Part shown: positions 28,779-39,287 of the stretch, piece after piece
Numbering within the stretch: the stretch's first letter is position 1
How the letters are laid out: every line of letters starts with the position of its first letter
Source: a virus
Direction: 5' to 3' (one strand)
DNA length: 64,000 nt
IMG/VR virus record: IMGVR_UViG_3300038620_000126
Coordinates: 32,001 to 96,000 of that record
Notes under the pieces: model-generated
What the model saw: the letters and a program-made list of their open reading frames with translations, nothing else
Database searches by the model: none
Told to the model about the DNA's origin: nothing
Made by a program: the position numbers and the translations under genes

Positions 28779-29231
28779 TTAATTTTTTTCTACATTATCA
28801 TTTAAGCTTGTTTCTACATTTTTTAATTTCTTTTTCATTTTTTCAGGAAACATTTCTAATTCTTCATTTACCACTTTAAGGGGGATTTCTCGCTTCTTTG
28901 CATAATATAATTTTATCTCGTATGAAGGTTCCCAATCACTTTTTTCTTTTTCTGATTTTACGGTTTTTGATTTTGCAAATATAAATTTAGGGGTTCTTTT
29001 AAATTTTCTTTTTAGGGTAAAGAACCATGCAAGTGTAGCTTTATCTGGCTTAACATGTTTATTGTTTAATGCATTAGATTGAAGGGGATAACCCTTAGCC
29101 AAAAATCGATTTAACATAAACCAATTTTTTGATAACTCACTAAAAGACTTATTTTGAAAATTTTTAGGATTTTCAAAAAAATCTTTAATGTAAGCCATTA
29201 AATCATCGGACTTTTGATTTTGTTTTGCCAT
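28779..29231 (-). CDS. Putative clamp-loader small subunit (gp62-like)
   Basis: FMLNRFLA..ALN..KFIFAK pattern. Confidence 0.45.
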   Translation of the reverse strand: MAKQNQKSDDLMAYIKDFFENPKNFQNKSFSELSKNWFMLNRFLAKGYPLQSNALNNKHVKPDKATLAWFFTLKRKFKRTPKFIFAKSKTVKSEKEKSDWEPSYEIKLYYAKKREIPLKVVNEELEMFPEKMKKKLKNVETSLNDNVEKN

Positions 29232-29243
29232 AGTTTTTATATA

Positions 29244-29831
29244 TTAAATGTGCAATGTCATGTCTTTAGGAGCTGGTATTTTTCCCCCAAAATAAGGATA
29301 CAGGTCGTAAGTCAGTAACTTGTCATACCAACTTACAGGAAAATCCAATTCTTCATAGGATTCAAAATCATTAATATCATTAATATTGAATAATGGTTTG
29401 TTTATTCTAATTTTATATACTTTGAATCGAACTTTTTTTACTTCTGTATTAACTTCTATAACAAAGTTGTAAAGTTCATTAACATTGATACTAGTTAAAT
29501 ATTTATGAATAAAACTGTTACTTAATTCTTTGTTGTAGTAATAAGCAAATATATCTATTTTGTTGCCATTAGGTCGCCATCCGAATCTAAGAGATTTGTA
29601 GTGATGATGAATAAAAGCTACACCAAAAACTTTGTTTATTTGTGTTAACAAATATTGTTTTTCTTTATTCGAAAAATCAGATAGCACTTTATCACTTATT
29701 AAACAGTTTTCATCAAATCTAACAATTTTATGGTATATGAAATTATTCTTAAAACTGTCAAGTAAAATTTTAAAGTTTATTTTAGATGAATTTGATCTAT
29801 GGGTGTGTTCTTTTATAATATGTTTTGACAT
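29244..29831 (-). CDS. Hypothetical protein (beta-sandwich-like; LYPYFGG..PAP)
   Basis: 195-aa ORF. Confidence 0.7.
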   Translation of the reverse strand: MSKHIIKEHTHRSNSSKINFKILLDSFKNNFIYHKIVRFDENCLISDKVLSDFSNKEKQYLLTQINKVFGVAFIHHHYKSLRFGWRPNGNKIDIFAYYYNKELSNSFIHKYLTSINVNELYNFVIEVNTEVKKVRFKVYKIRINKPLFNINDINDFESYEELDFPVSWYDKLLTYDLYPYFGGKIPAPKDMTLHI

Positions 29832-30412
29832 GATTGTTTTAGTGTTTCTGGTCTTTGTTTCAAAAAAGAATACAAGTTACTTAGCTTTTTAGAGACGGTG
29901 CTCTTATCTAAATGAAGTTTTTGAGATATTTCAGTTATCGTATAATCGTTTTCAAACATTAAAGATAAAATATATGTAGAATTTTCTATATCAAATTTGG
30001 ATCCCAAAAGTAATAATGTTAACTTTTCTTTGAATTCATTGTAATAATAACTTTCTTCATCTGTTAAATGGTTTTCAAACTCGTTCATTTCAAGTAAAGC
30101 GCAGTAAACTGATGCGCTTTTATGTTTCAATACTTTTCTCTTTGTACAGACAATAGCCCAGTTAATAAAATTCAACTTTTTCCAGTAATTAATAACATTG
30201 TGAAGATTTCCCATAAATTCTAAATAAGCATCACTTGTATCTTCAGTATTAAAGTTGTAATCTTTACAAATCTTATTTACAACCAAGTTTTTGTTATTAT
30301 GTGGACTTCCTAGTGCATAATATAATTTGTTAAAGTTTTTATCAGTTTTTTCAAGTTTATAATTTTCAGCTAATTCATTAATATATTGAATTTTTTCTGT
30401 TTTTTTACTCAT
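29813..30412 (-). CDS. Sigma-factor-like protein with C-terminal HTH
   Basis: Region-2-like helices (DAYLEF..FINWAI) and YTITEISQKLHLDKSTVSKKL HTH. Confidence 0.6.
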   Translation of the reverse strand: MSKKTEKIQYINELAENYKLEKTDKNFNKLYYALGSPHNNKNLVVNKICKDYNFNTEDTSDAYLEFMGNLHNVINYWKKLNFINWAIVCTKRKVLKHKSASVYCALLEMNEFENHLTDEESYYYNEFKEKLTLLLLGSKFDIENSTYILSLMFENDYTITEISQKLHLDKSTVSKKLSNLYSFLKQRPETLKQSCQNIL

Positions 30413-30457
30413 TTTTTGTTTTTAAATTATGTGTTTACATGGAATAAATAAATTGAT

Positions 30458-30736
30458 ATGATCAAAGTTACAAAAACATATCTAGAAATAAAAGTCTGTA
30501 AAACAAAATATAGGCTTTTTCCTGCGTGGGTTAACAGCAAAAGACTTAAATGGCATGTTGACTTAGAAAGTAGACTTGTTCAGGTTTTAAATGGTAGGAT
30601 GTGGAAAATACAATTTGATAATGATATACCTAGATTTCTTTATAAAAACAAAACAGTTTACATTCCCAAAAACCACTATCATAGATTGTTAAAAGGTGAT
30701 GGGCACCTAGTAATTAAAATAAAAGAAATTAATTAA
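30458..30736 (+). CDS. Small basic hypothetical protein
   Basis: 92-aa ORF with AATAAATA upstream. Confidence 0.6.
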   Translation: MIKVTKTYLEIKVCKTKYRLFPAWVNSKRLKWHVDLESRLVQVLNGRMWKIQFDNDIPRFLYKNKTVYIPKNHYHRLLKGDGHLVIKIKEIN

Positions 30737-30739
30737 CTT

Positions 30740-31618
30740 TTACTTATCTTCTGGATAATCAAAGTCATCCAAATCAACATCATAATCCCAATACTTAACC
30801 TTATCAAACTTTTCTTTATCTCTTAATAATGTTCTAAACGATTGTGGAGCATACTTTTTTTGAAAAAATCTACACCACTCATCATGTGGATTACAAAAAG
30901 CACTTGCTTCATCTACTTCTTCTGAAAAGGTTACTTTTTGTGGTTGATAGCGCGTTGAAATTTTGAATTCTGCAAAACCAGCAGGGGTTACATGTACATC
31001 TTCATTTGTGTGTTCAACCTTTTTCATGTACTTGCTGATTTTATCAATAAGGAATGGTTCTTCATCTGTTCTGCTTTCAAACCCTATCATATAAACACTT
31101 AGTTGGCGAACTTTTTTAAGACTTTTTATATAAATAATATGATCTTCAAATGGTTTTATAACATTATAAATTTTTTCTGGAAGTTTATCTTTTGGGTTCT
31201 TAACTTTTACTAAATATTCATTAAGTGTTTCTGGTACATAACCCTCACCAAGTACATGTTCATAATCTTCATAATTATCTTCTTCATCTTCGTCGTCATA
31301 CATTTTATCATTATATCCAAGGGGTGTGAGTATATCACCACTTCCAGTTTGTCCAGTATAAAAATCACCAGATGGTGCTTGAACTGGCCCCATACCACCT
31401 ACATTTGAAAGTGTTGCTTCATATTCACTAAGTTTCTTAGGCAGACCTTTTCTATCGGTTTCTGCATATTCTCTAGCTGTATCCATAGATACACCATCTG
31501 CTATATTTTTAACTTTTTTAGCTAAGCTATCACTTAATTCATCAAGATCCAATTCTCCTTGTTTATAAGCATATACCATTCCAAATAATCTTTGTTGTTC
31601 TTTACTCTTTGCTGGCAT
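30740..31618 (-). CDS. DUF3008-like N-terminus + capsid N-arm-like peptide; putative head protein
   Basis: MPAKSKEQQRLFGM...GLPKK; ATLSNVGGMGPVQAPS..FYTGQTGSGDI. Confidence 0.7.
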   Translation of the reverse strand: MPAKSKEQQRLFGMVYAYKQGELDLDELSDSLAKKVKNIADGVSMDTAREYAETDRKGLPKKLSEYEATLSNVGGMGPVQAPSGDFYTGQTGSGDILTPLGYNDKMYDDEDEEDNYEDYEHVLGEGYVPETLNEYLVKVKNPKDKLPEKIYNVIKPFEDHIIYIKSLKKVRQLSVYMIGFESRTDEEPFLIDKISKYMKKVEHTNEDVHVTPAGFAEFKISTRYQPQKVTFSEEVDEASAFCNPHDEWCRFFQKKYAPQSFRTLLRDKEKFDKVKYWDYDVDLDDFDYPEDK

Positions 31619-31631
31619 TAATTACTTTTTT

Positions 31632-32480
31632 TTATTTATTATTTTTATTTGATGACAAGTTATTTTCATCTAATTTTGAACTACCTAAATCTCTAGGCTT
31701 ATCATTATACAATCTATCTTTATATAGGGGATATGGAGTTTCTGCAACTTCTGGATCAACAAAAATTCTTGGTTTAATACCATCTTGCATTCTATGGCCA
31801 GAGTGTCTAGATTCTGTTGGATCAAAAGATGGTATATAAGATTCTACTTCAAAATTAATCTCCATACTGATTTCATCTTCTATTGGATAACTAAACTCAG
31901 AACGGGTTTCTCTACTAAAGTCTTCTTGAAGCCCCATTTGAACAGGGATATTCATGTTTTCAAAATTTATGTAAAACTCTTGAACTTTATAATAATTTCT
32001 GTAAATCATTTCAAAAAGTTTAAAAACTTCAATATCTGTATTTGACTTTATAGTAAGTGTAAATTGCAAATCAACTGGTAAAATTTTAACATAACTCATA
32101 TAAGTTTCAAGTTTATATCCTTCATCTTGTTCAATTTCTATAGGTACATTAGCACGAGCATATTCATTTGTCAATTTTTCGGAACTTATAGATAAACTGT
32201 TTAATGACAATATGCCACGTGGAAGAGCATCAATATTTCCTTCAACTTTTTTTGCCATATCTTTATCGCAATAATGCATTTTGTAAAGATTGAAGTTGTT
32301 TCTAAGCCAGTTTTCATCTTTTGAAATAGAATAAAAAATAGGAACATTAACTTCAACTTCTTTATCTTTCCAAACCTGATAATAAGACATGCGCTGCATG
32401 AGTTCAGCAAGCATTCCCACTATTATACTTCTAACAAATATATCGTCGGAGTTATGTCGCGATAGGTAAGGGTTTGGCAT
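31632..32480 (-). CDS. Tail terminator / sheath stabilizer (gp15-like)
   Basis: VNVPIFY, LPRGIL, LPVDLQFTLTI, INFEVESYIP. Confidence 0.75.
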   Translation of the reverse strand: MPNPYLSRHNSDDIFVRSIIVGMLAELMQRMSYYQVWKDKEVEVNVPIFYSISKDENWLRNNFNLYKMHYCDKDMAKKVEGNIDALPRGILSLNSLSISSEKLTNEYARANVPIEIEQDEGYKLETYMSYVKILPVDLQFTLTIKSNTDIEVFKLFEMIYRNYYKVQEFYINFENMNIPVQMGLQEDFSRETRSEFSYPIEDEISMEINFEVESYIPSFDPTESRHSGHRMQDGIKPRIFVDPEVAETPYPLYKDRLYNDKPRDLGSSKLDENNLSSNKNNK

Positions 32481-32490
32481 TTTGTTTATT

Positions 32491-33462
32491 TTAATATTTG
32501 AATGAAAGCATTACTAAATTGTCATCATTATTAAGTCTCATATTCATAACATGCATTCTGGTTGTAGGCTGTATAGTAATTTCATCGTTGGTAGTATTAT
32601 AAGCATCAGAATATACATCAAATACACCCCCCGTACTCGTGTCAATTTCACTTGATTCAAAAGCACCAGATGCATTAATTAAAACAATATCTTCACTGCT
32701 TTCAGGATGACCCATAAGCCAAAATACTTCACCCTTTTCTAAACTTGTTTTATCAAGTTCAATATACTGTGGGGTTCCTGTTGTGTTTTTTACAAATACA
32801 ACTCTACCATAGGAATTAGGTTGAATTGAAAGTGCACTTGCAGATGATGCTGCACTTGTAACATCAACTACATTAAATTGATTTCCATTAACCTGCCCCC
32901 CATTGTTTGACCATATTTCACGCTTTGTAAATTGAACGTTATTTAAACGCATAACTTGTGATAAAGTTCCACCATTTGCGGGTGCTTTGTAAAGGTCTAA
33001 ATTTGGTGATATAGCCTGCATTAATGAATTGAGACTGTTGTTTCCAGATGGAAAATACATTTCCGCTAAGTAACCAGAACTATCTGAACTGATATTTGTA
33101 TCAGTTGGATCACCAAATCTTGTTACTCCCTTAATATAGTTGTATTCCTGTGGATTTTGAGATGACCATTTTCCTTCACTTTGAAAAAACTTCAAAGTTT
33201 TTGCTGAACCCATCTCATTAATTTCAAAAGAATTTGTTTGGTTAGTATTAATAATTAAAGGTTTGTTGTTTCCTGTGGCATTTATTGTTATACCCCCCTG
33301 ATTAACACTTATATTCTTAATGGAAAGTTGATTAGAAACTATATCAAGATTATTTTCAAGATCATTTATATAGTTACTTATAGCTTGAAAATTTGAATTG
33401 TAAACATCAGGTATTTGGCTGGCAGATTGTGTTGGATCTAAATTTTTGAGAGTAATTGGCAT
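32491..33462 (-). CDS. Putative tail fibre/appendage protein
   Basis: N-term YNSNFQAI attachment-like motif; late promoter. Confidence 0.55.
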   Translation of the reverse strand: MPITLKNLDPTQSASQIPDVYNSNFQAISNYINDLENNLDIVSNQLSIKNISVNQGGITINATGNNKPLIINTNQTNSFEINEMGSAKTLKFFQSEGKWSSQNPQEYNYIKGVTRFGDPTDTNISSDSSGYLAEMYFPSGNNSLNSLMQAISPNLDLYKAPANGGTLSQVMRLNNVQFTKREIWSNNGGQVNGNQFNVVDVTSAASSASALSIQPNSYGRVVFVKNTTGTPQYIELDKTSLEKGEVFWLMGHPESSEDIVLINASGAFESSEIDTSTGGVFDVYSDAYNTTNDEITIQPTTRMHVMNMRLNNDDNLVMLSFKY

Positions 33463-33556
33463 TGCTTTTTTCTTTATTTATTTATGTATTTTCTTTAGTT
33501 ATTTATTTTTTTAAATTTAATGTTTGTATTTTGAATAAATATAAAAAACACAAAAA

Positions 33557-34657
33557 TTGTCTACTCCACGCCCCTTTATTATTAATCTTCCAGAAAGAGA
33601 AAGCCCCAATGAAGTTGAAAGTATAAATCCACAAGATAGTTATTCATTTCTTTTTCAAAGAATAAATGAAAATTTTGAGCGTGTTCAGTTCTCATTAAAT
33701 GATATAAGAGAATGGCAAAATCTTGCTTACGACTATCAAAATGGCCCCTTAGGTGTTTTGAACCTTCATTCAGATGTTGATCATTCTGTACCACCTAAAG
33801 ATTATGATGTTTTAACATGGATTAACAACCAGTGGACTAACTTTAATTTACTTAATTTAAATGGTGTTGGAATAGAAGCAAAAACATTAAATCAATTAAA
33901 CAATGTTGAAACAGTTACACCAAAAGAAAATCAAGTTTTAATATATGATCCAGACTTAGCACTTCAACAACAAAATACACTTAGAAATACTGGAACACCT
34001 AATAACAACGGCGATGTACTGTACGACGATGGAAATCCAATTCCAGACACACTCTCTACAAACCCTAATGATCCAAATTTTGTTCAGCCTTGGATTTCTC
34101 GTTACTTACGTTTGTCTGATTTAATAGATGTAACTGCTAATATCAACTTAACTGAAAACACATCTTTTGATAAAAATTCAAAACACTTACTTTTCTTTGA
34201 TCCAACAAGCACTGAAAAACAAAACATAGGTAAAACAACTACAGGTATATGGGACACCATTAAAGTTCCAAATTCGCGAATAACTCAAGTTCTTTCATCA
34301 GATAATATAAATGGTTTATATTGGTCAGAACTTACAACATCACTTACAGGCGCTAAAAAACTATTTGAACTTGAAGATATGCTTCCAAATCCACTTGATA
34401 TTGGAACAGAATCTTGTGGAACAGATACATTAGAATTCGGTCAAGAATATAATCTTAAGGTTGTAGATAATCTTGGAAATGGAACACCATTCTATAAATT
34501 CACTTTAGATAATTCTGCACAAAAATGGAAATTAAATCAAAATGAACGTTTAGTATTATGTACTAATGATAGATATCATGCAATTGGTGGTATAGAACTT
34601 AGTGCTTTTTCAGAAATAAATCTGGATTCATTAGCCGAAATAGTTATACAAAATTAA
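33557..34657 (+). CDS. Putative tail fibre/appendage protein
   Basis: RINENFERV; repeated L..L.DV...VLxW/Y fibre repeats; late promoter, TTG start. Confidence 0.6.
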   Translation: MSTPRPFIINLPERESPNEVESINPQDSYSFLFQRINENFERVQFSLNDIREWQNLAYDYQNGPLGVLNLHSDVDHSVPPKDYDVLTWINNQWTNFNLLNLNGVGIEAKTLNQLNNVETVTPKENQVLIYDPDLALQQQNTLRNTGTPNNNGDVLYDDGNPIPDTLSTNPNDPNFVQPWISRYLRLSDLIDVTANINLTENTSFDKNSKHLLFFDPTSTEKQNIGKTTTGIWDTIKVPNSRITQVLSSDNINGLYWSELTTSLTGAKKLFELEDMLPNPLDIGTESCGTDTLEFGQEYNLKVVDNLGNGTPFYKFTLDNSAQKWKLNQNERLVLCTNDRYHAIGGIELSAFSEINLDSLAEIVIQN

Positions 34658-34668
34658 TAAAATATTTG

Positions 34669-34740
34669 TCGAGTGGGCAGGATTCGAACCTGCGTGATCT
34701 AGCTCCCAAAGCTAGTGCCTGACCTCTAGGCTACCACTCG
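34669..34740 (-). tRNA. tRNA-Pro (UGG)
   Basis: Acceptor CGAGTGG/CCACTCG, anticodon arm CTAGC-TTTGGGA-GCTAG, T arm GCAGG-TTCGAAT-CCTGC; no encoded CCA. Confidence 0.93.
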
Positions 34741-34777
34741 TAGAAACATTTTTTACATACTAAAATTTTTAAAAACG

Positions 34778-35269
34778 TTATATCATTTTATCAATTTGCT
34801 TGTAAAGACTTGGAAATCTTTTATTTATATCAACCAAAAGAGAACGGTTTAAAGTATTAGAAAATATAGAATCTAAAAACTTAAGTAACTTTTTTTCTTT
34901 AGTAGATTCACTTTTAGTGTTTATTATAGTAGCTGCTTTTTTATATAAATTTTCACTTTTTCTTCCATCTGGAAGCTCACCATTCATAAATCCATTTACA
35001 AACTCATGAAATCCCATATAATCTAACTCATGAAAAAGAACACGAAGTGCTATAATAGAATATTCATCTAAAGAATTTTTTTGTAAAGCATCAACAACAT
35101 GTGTTACTTTTTTATACCTATTATCTATGTTTGGCTTGTGAAGTATAGTATTGTAATATTTTACTATTTTGTCAACAATATTATTAGATTTAATTTTACT
35201 GTTATTTTCATTAATTCCACTTTGACTTTCATTAACAAATTGATTAAATGTGGGTAGTTTGCTTTTCAT
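34778..35269 (-). CDS. Capsid-tagged internal protein
   Basis: MKSKLPTFNQFVNES..INEN; header similar to 23445/24260 repeat. Confidence 0.78.
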   Translation of the reverse strand: MKSKLPTFNQFVNESQSGINENNSKIKSNNIVDKIVKYYNTILHKPNIDNRYKKVTHVVDALQKNSLDEYSIIALRVLFHELDYMGFHEFVNGFMNGELPDGRKSENLYKKAATIINTKSESTKEKKLLKFLDSIFSNTLNRSLLVDINKRFPSLYKQIDKMI

Positions 35270-35290
35270 AATCGTTGTTTTTTTTATTTA

Positions 35291-37297
35291 TTAGTAATTT
35301 CTACCAAACTTAGGTAAATTATATATTGGCTTAGCATTATCTAATATCCATGCAAGGTGTGCATCTTTAACAGTGTTATAGTTTAAAAATGTGCTTTGTT
35401 TTTCAACCTCAATGGGTTGTTTCATTAATCTTATTGCTGTTTGCCAAAAGGGACCTGACCATAGTTTCCAACCACTCTCTAAACTGAAACTAAATTTATT
35501 AATTTCAACGGTGTTTTCATATATTTGTTTTAATTCAGTGCTTTGTTCACGAGCTTTAACATCAGGATATGCAGATGGTCTCCATAGCGAAAGTTGCAAT
35601 TGTTCATAATCGTTTATTATTTGAAAAACCATTGCATACCATTGTTCTTCTGGAAGTAACTTTTCTCCAATATCCCATGTAAATTCTGAATTGTTTATAA
35701 AAGCTTTAACTATTTGTTGCTCAAACAAATAGATTTCTAATCCCATTTTGTTATTTATATCACCAAATAGCTTAGACGGAATAACCTGTTGAATGCCGGT
35801 TCCTGTAAGATCCGATGGGATATTTACATCAATGTTACGGGTATCAACCTCAAGTGTTTTATTATCTGTGTTAATAACTTCAAAGTAATCATTGCTTATA
35901 CCAAAAAGTTTAATCCAGCCATTTACAGGAAACTTATGATTTTTATTTAAGCTAACAACAATTTTTCCATCGTTTTTGGAAATCGAATTTATAAAATCCG
36001 ACGGAAATTCATTGGGCTTATAATTTTTATTTAGTTCTTGCAATCTAAACCATGTTGTAAATGTAAGGTTTTGATCCTGATTCAGTGTTGCCTGTTTTTC
36101 ATATTCAACTACTGGAACAGGTGCTTTAAATTGATTATAAACAGAATAGTTTTGATAAACATTTTGGGTTATCGTAGTGTAGTTATTAATTAAGTGTTCA
36201 TTAGTTATAACTAAATTATCTTCAACTGCACTTCTTTGTATAGTTTTTGAAAATGTTTCAATTTCTTGCTGTTTGGGGTTTGTAACATCTTCAATTTCTT
36301 CTGTTTTTTCTGGCTCTACAACATCTTCAGTTCCTGTTGTCTTTTCATCAAGAAAATCTAAAACATTTTCGGGTTTTTTAACATTAGAACGTTCTTCATA
36401 TTTCTTACAACTAAGTTTCCACCACCCTGGTTGAAGCATAAGCCATCTATATAAATAAACTGATGTAACTTCATAGAGTCTGTTATTTAAGCTTGCATAT
36501 ATAAAGTCATGACGATTAGGCTGAGCACCAGCACCAAACACTTCTTGAAAATAATTATATTCTATTAAAAGCTCTAACTCCCCTTCAAAATCAATTCCAA
36601 AAGGATTAAAATTAAAACGGGATTCTGGGTACTCATTACTATCCGTTAAAACACGTATACATTGATTTTCAACGGTTTCATAAATACCATACTGTTTTAA
36701 TATGTTATCTGTACTTTGGGCATCTGGCTCAACTTTAAAGTAAGAAACATCTAAGCCATACATTTTATTTGTAAAATTGTTCAATGTTTGCCAACTATCC
36801 ACAAAGCATTGAACATCATCAGGTTCTATTTTATTCATCTCTCCTATTTCAATGGTTTGATCACCGAATACCAACGTATCAGTACAATCAACATAATAGC
36901 CACATGATATACATTCGTTTGGCTTTTCTGGTGGAACTTCTGGTTTATCTTTGTTTAGTGTTTCTGCATCAATTTCATACGAATCCAATGTAAGTTCACC
37001 CGATAGGTTTTGCTTAAGAAGAATTTTAATTTCTAAATAAAACTTTTTACCTGTAAAATTAATGTTATAAAGTTTATAAAGTGGAATCCATGTTGAAAAG
37101 AAGTTATTATCCCATGAATATCGAAACTCAAAATTAAAAATTTCTTCTGGATTACTTAATGTTTTACCGTTTTTATCACTAAAATTAAACTTAATATCTT
37201 TAAATACTTTAATTGAATTAAAAGGTTCCTCAAATCCAAAAATAAATTTATCACCTGTTTCTACAAACTTAACATTAAAGTTTATTTGTTTTATCAA
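35291..37297 (-). CDS. Neck/head-closure protein (gp14-like) with extra N- and C-terminal domains
   Basis: YGLDVSYF, FNPFGID, P..DFIY..LYEV..WKLSCKKYE. Confidence 0.7.
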   Translation of the reverse strand: MIKQINFNVKFVETGDKFIFGFEEPFNSIKVFKDIKFNFSDKNGKTLSNPEEIFNFEFRYSWDNNFFSTWIPLYKLYNINFTGKKFYLEIKILLKQNLSGELTLDSYEIDAETLNKDKPEVPPEKPNECISCGYYVDCTDTLVFGDQTIEIGEMNKIEPDDVQCFVDSWQTLNNFTNKMYGLDVSYFKVEPDAQSTDNILKQYGIYETVENQCIRVLTDSNEYPESRFNFNPFGIDFEGELELLIEYNYFQEVFGAGAQPNRHDFIYASLNNRLYEVTSVYLYRWLMLQPGWWKLSCKKYEERSNVKKPENVLDFLDEKTTGTEDVVEPEKTEEIEDVTNPKQQEIETFSKTIQRSAVEDNLVITNEHLINNYTTITQNVYQNYSVYNQFKAPVPVVEYEKQATLNQDQNLTFTTWFRLQELNKNYKPNEFPSDFINSISKNDGKIVVSLNKNHKFPVNGWIKLFGISNDYFEVINTDNKTLEVDTRNIDVNIPSDLTGTGIQQVIPSKLFGDINNKMGLEIYLFEQQIVKAFINNSEFTWDIGEKLLPEEQWYAMVFQIINDYEQLQLSLWRPSAYPDVKAREQSTELKQIYENTVEINKFSFSLESGWKLWSGPFWQTAIRLMKQPIEVEKQSTFLNYNTVKDAHLAWILDNAKPIYNLPKFGRNY

Positions 37298-37310
37298 AGT
37301 TTTTTCTTAT

Positions 37311-38474
37311 TTATTTTATGTAACTTTTAACTTTTGAAATTTTGTTTTTAGTTTGCAACCTTTTCAGTTGATTAAAAATAGTTTTTTGATTTGAAAACAT
37401 ATGGGTTTTAAGACTTGGTCGCATCAAAAAATTGTAAAAGTAATAATCATATGATGTTCCCGATCCTAATGTTTTAAGGTTTTTTGGTTTAGTAATTATA
37501 GCGGGTCTTTTACGATGGTGGATCAATCCATACATATAATGAATAACAAAACTACTTTTAGTTATTGTATTTGAATTTAGATCAAAGCAATAAGATTGAA
37601 TAGCTGGCATACTGTTTACATCATGTATTTCTCCTTTATGTGTGTAAATGTAAAGAATACTTTGAAATTTTTTATATGTTTTAATACTTATTATAGATGG
37701 TTTAGAACTATCTTCTCTGCCAATATATCCGTTTTGAAAATAAAAATAAACTTCCTCTTTTTTAAGTGTGTTGTAAACAGAATCGGGATCAATTCCATAA
37801 TTAACAATTTTAACTGCAGGGGTATCATTAAAACTATGAAACTTTTTTACATTGGATTCAATAAATCCTCTAGTATATTTTTGATCTGATAGTAGCCATT
37901 TTGTTTTAGCATTATTAGTTTTATAACTGTTAGACTGAATAGAACCAACTTCGTTTAAGTTAATTTTTCCATCAGCATTTAAATACTCTCCTACACATAT
38001 TGCGCTAAAAAGTTCTGTACAATACAGAACATTAAATGAATAAAAGTTAGAATAAAGCCAATGGTTATAACTTGGCTCATCATGGTTTTCGTTTAATATA
38101 CTAAAGTAAACCTCGGTTTTAGGGCCTGTGATTTCATGTTCTATGCGTTTTCTAGTATCATTAGAGCTTTTTAATTCGCGCTTTTCTATGGCGTTAAATA
38201 ATTTTGAAAACGGTATTTTTTCACAGTAATAACTAAAAAAGTTTTCTAAAGCATCTGATTCAAAAAAGATTAAATCGTCTTCTTCTTTTTTAGATAGTTT
38301 AACTCCTCTAGTAGTCAATTCTATCAAATCAAAATAATACCTACAATTTTTAACATTAGTAACTAATGGTTGCATTATTAGTTTATTACTAAGATAAGCA
38401 GAAATGCGCCTAGAATAATCTAACCATTCACTTATACTTTTACTTTCAAAATTTACAGACATATAAATTATCAA
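37311..38474 (-). CDS. Hypothetical protein with H/R-x-D-x-PA repeats
   Basis: HSFNDTPAV, GYIGRED..PSII, GEIHDVNSMPAI, GLIHHRKRPAII. Confidence 0.65.
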   Translation of the reverse strand: MIIYMSVNFESKSISEWLDYSRRISAYLSNKLIMQPLVTNVKNCRYYFDLIELTTRGVKLSKKEEDDLIFFESDALENFFSYYCEKIPFSKLFNAIEKRELKSSNDTRKRIEHEITGPKTEVYFSILNENHDEPSYNHWLYSNFYSFNVLYCTELFSAICVGEYLNADGKINLNEVGSIQSNSYKTNNAKTKWLLSDQKYTRGFIESNVKKFHSFNDTPAVKIVNYGIDPDSVYNTLKKEEVYFYFQNGYIGREDSSKPSIISIKTYKKFQSILYIYTHKGEIHDVNSMPAIQSYCFDLNSNTITKSSFVIHYMYGLIHHRKRPAIITKPKNLKTLGSGTSYDYYFYNFLMRPSLKTHMFSNQKTIFNQLKRLQTKNKISKVKSYIK

Positions 38475-38482
38475 CGTTTAGT

Positions 38483-39259
38483 TTACAAAAGTTCTTTATA
38501 AAAGCTTTTAGCTAATTTATAAATTTTATTTTTGTTATAATTTATAACAGTTGAATCTACCCGATCTACTAATATTTTCATTTGTTTTGTATTAGTTAAA
38601 GGTGAATTTTCAAAAATATCTCTAATATTTTTATCTAATTTCTGTAATTCTTCTGCATCTTTTAGATCAAGTATAACTTTTCTGCTTTTGCGATTAAGTA
38701 AATGATTTAGCATGTTGTTATAATTTTGAAATTTAAGTTTTACGATGTGAAGATTGTTTTTATAATCATTATTATCAATCCATAAATTAGAAAATGTTGC
38801 TAATCCTTTTTGATCTGTTTTATAAAGTTTAACAGATCCCTTTAAATTTTTACCAATAAACTTTTTTAATTCATTCAAATACGGATAACCAACAAAAACA
38901 GGTATTATTTCACCATTAACTATAATGCATGTACATAGTACACATATATTACCCCACATTTCCCAATTATCTCTATGTCTTAATAATACTTTAATAACGT
39001 TATCTAACTTTCTTTCTGAAAACTTAACTATTTCAAAAGTATCTTTAACACTGTTAACTTCTGGAACTTCAGAATACATACAAGCATATTTCTCTCTATA
39101 ATATACATCACATACTACTTCAATTTATCTTTCAGATATTGTTTTTTGTTTCTCTGTTAAAAATTTTTCGATAACTTTTTGACCAAAGCTAGACTTTATA
39201 GAGTTTTCTAAAGCTTCTTTTAGAAGGGGATAATTTTCCTTTGCCTTTTCTAAGTCCAT
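38483..39259 (-). pseudogene. Hypothetical gene with a single in-frame TAA (39125-39127); ORF 38483-39079 is the distal part
   Basis: 44-codon ORF from ATG 39259 continues in frame past TAA into the 198-aa ORF. Confidence 0.55.
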
Positions 39260-39287
39260 AATTGATAACTACTGTACCTTTACTAAA

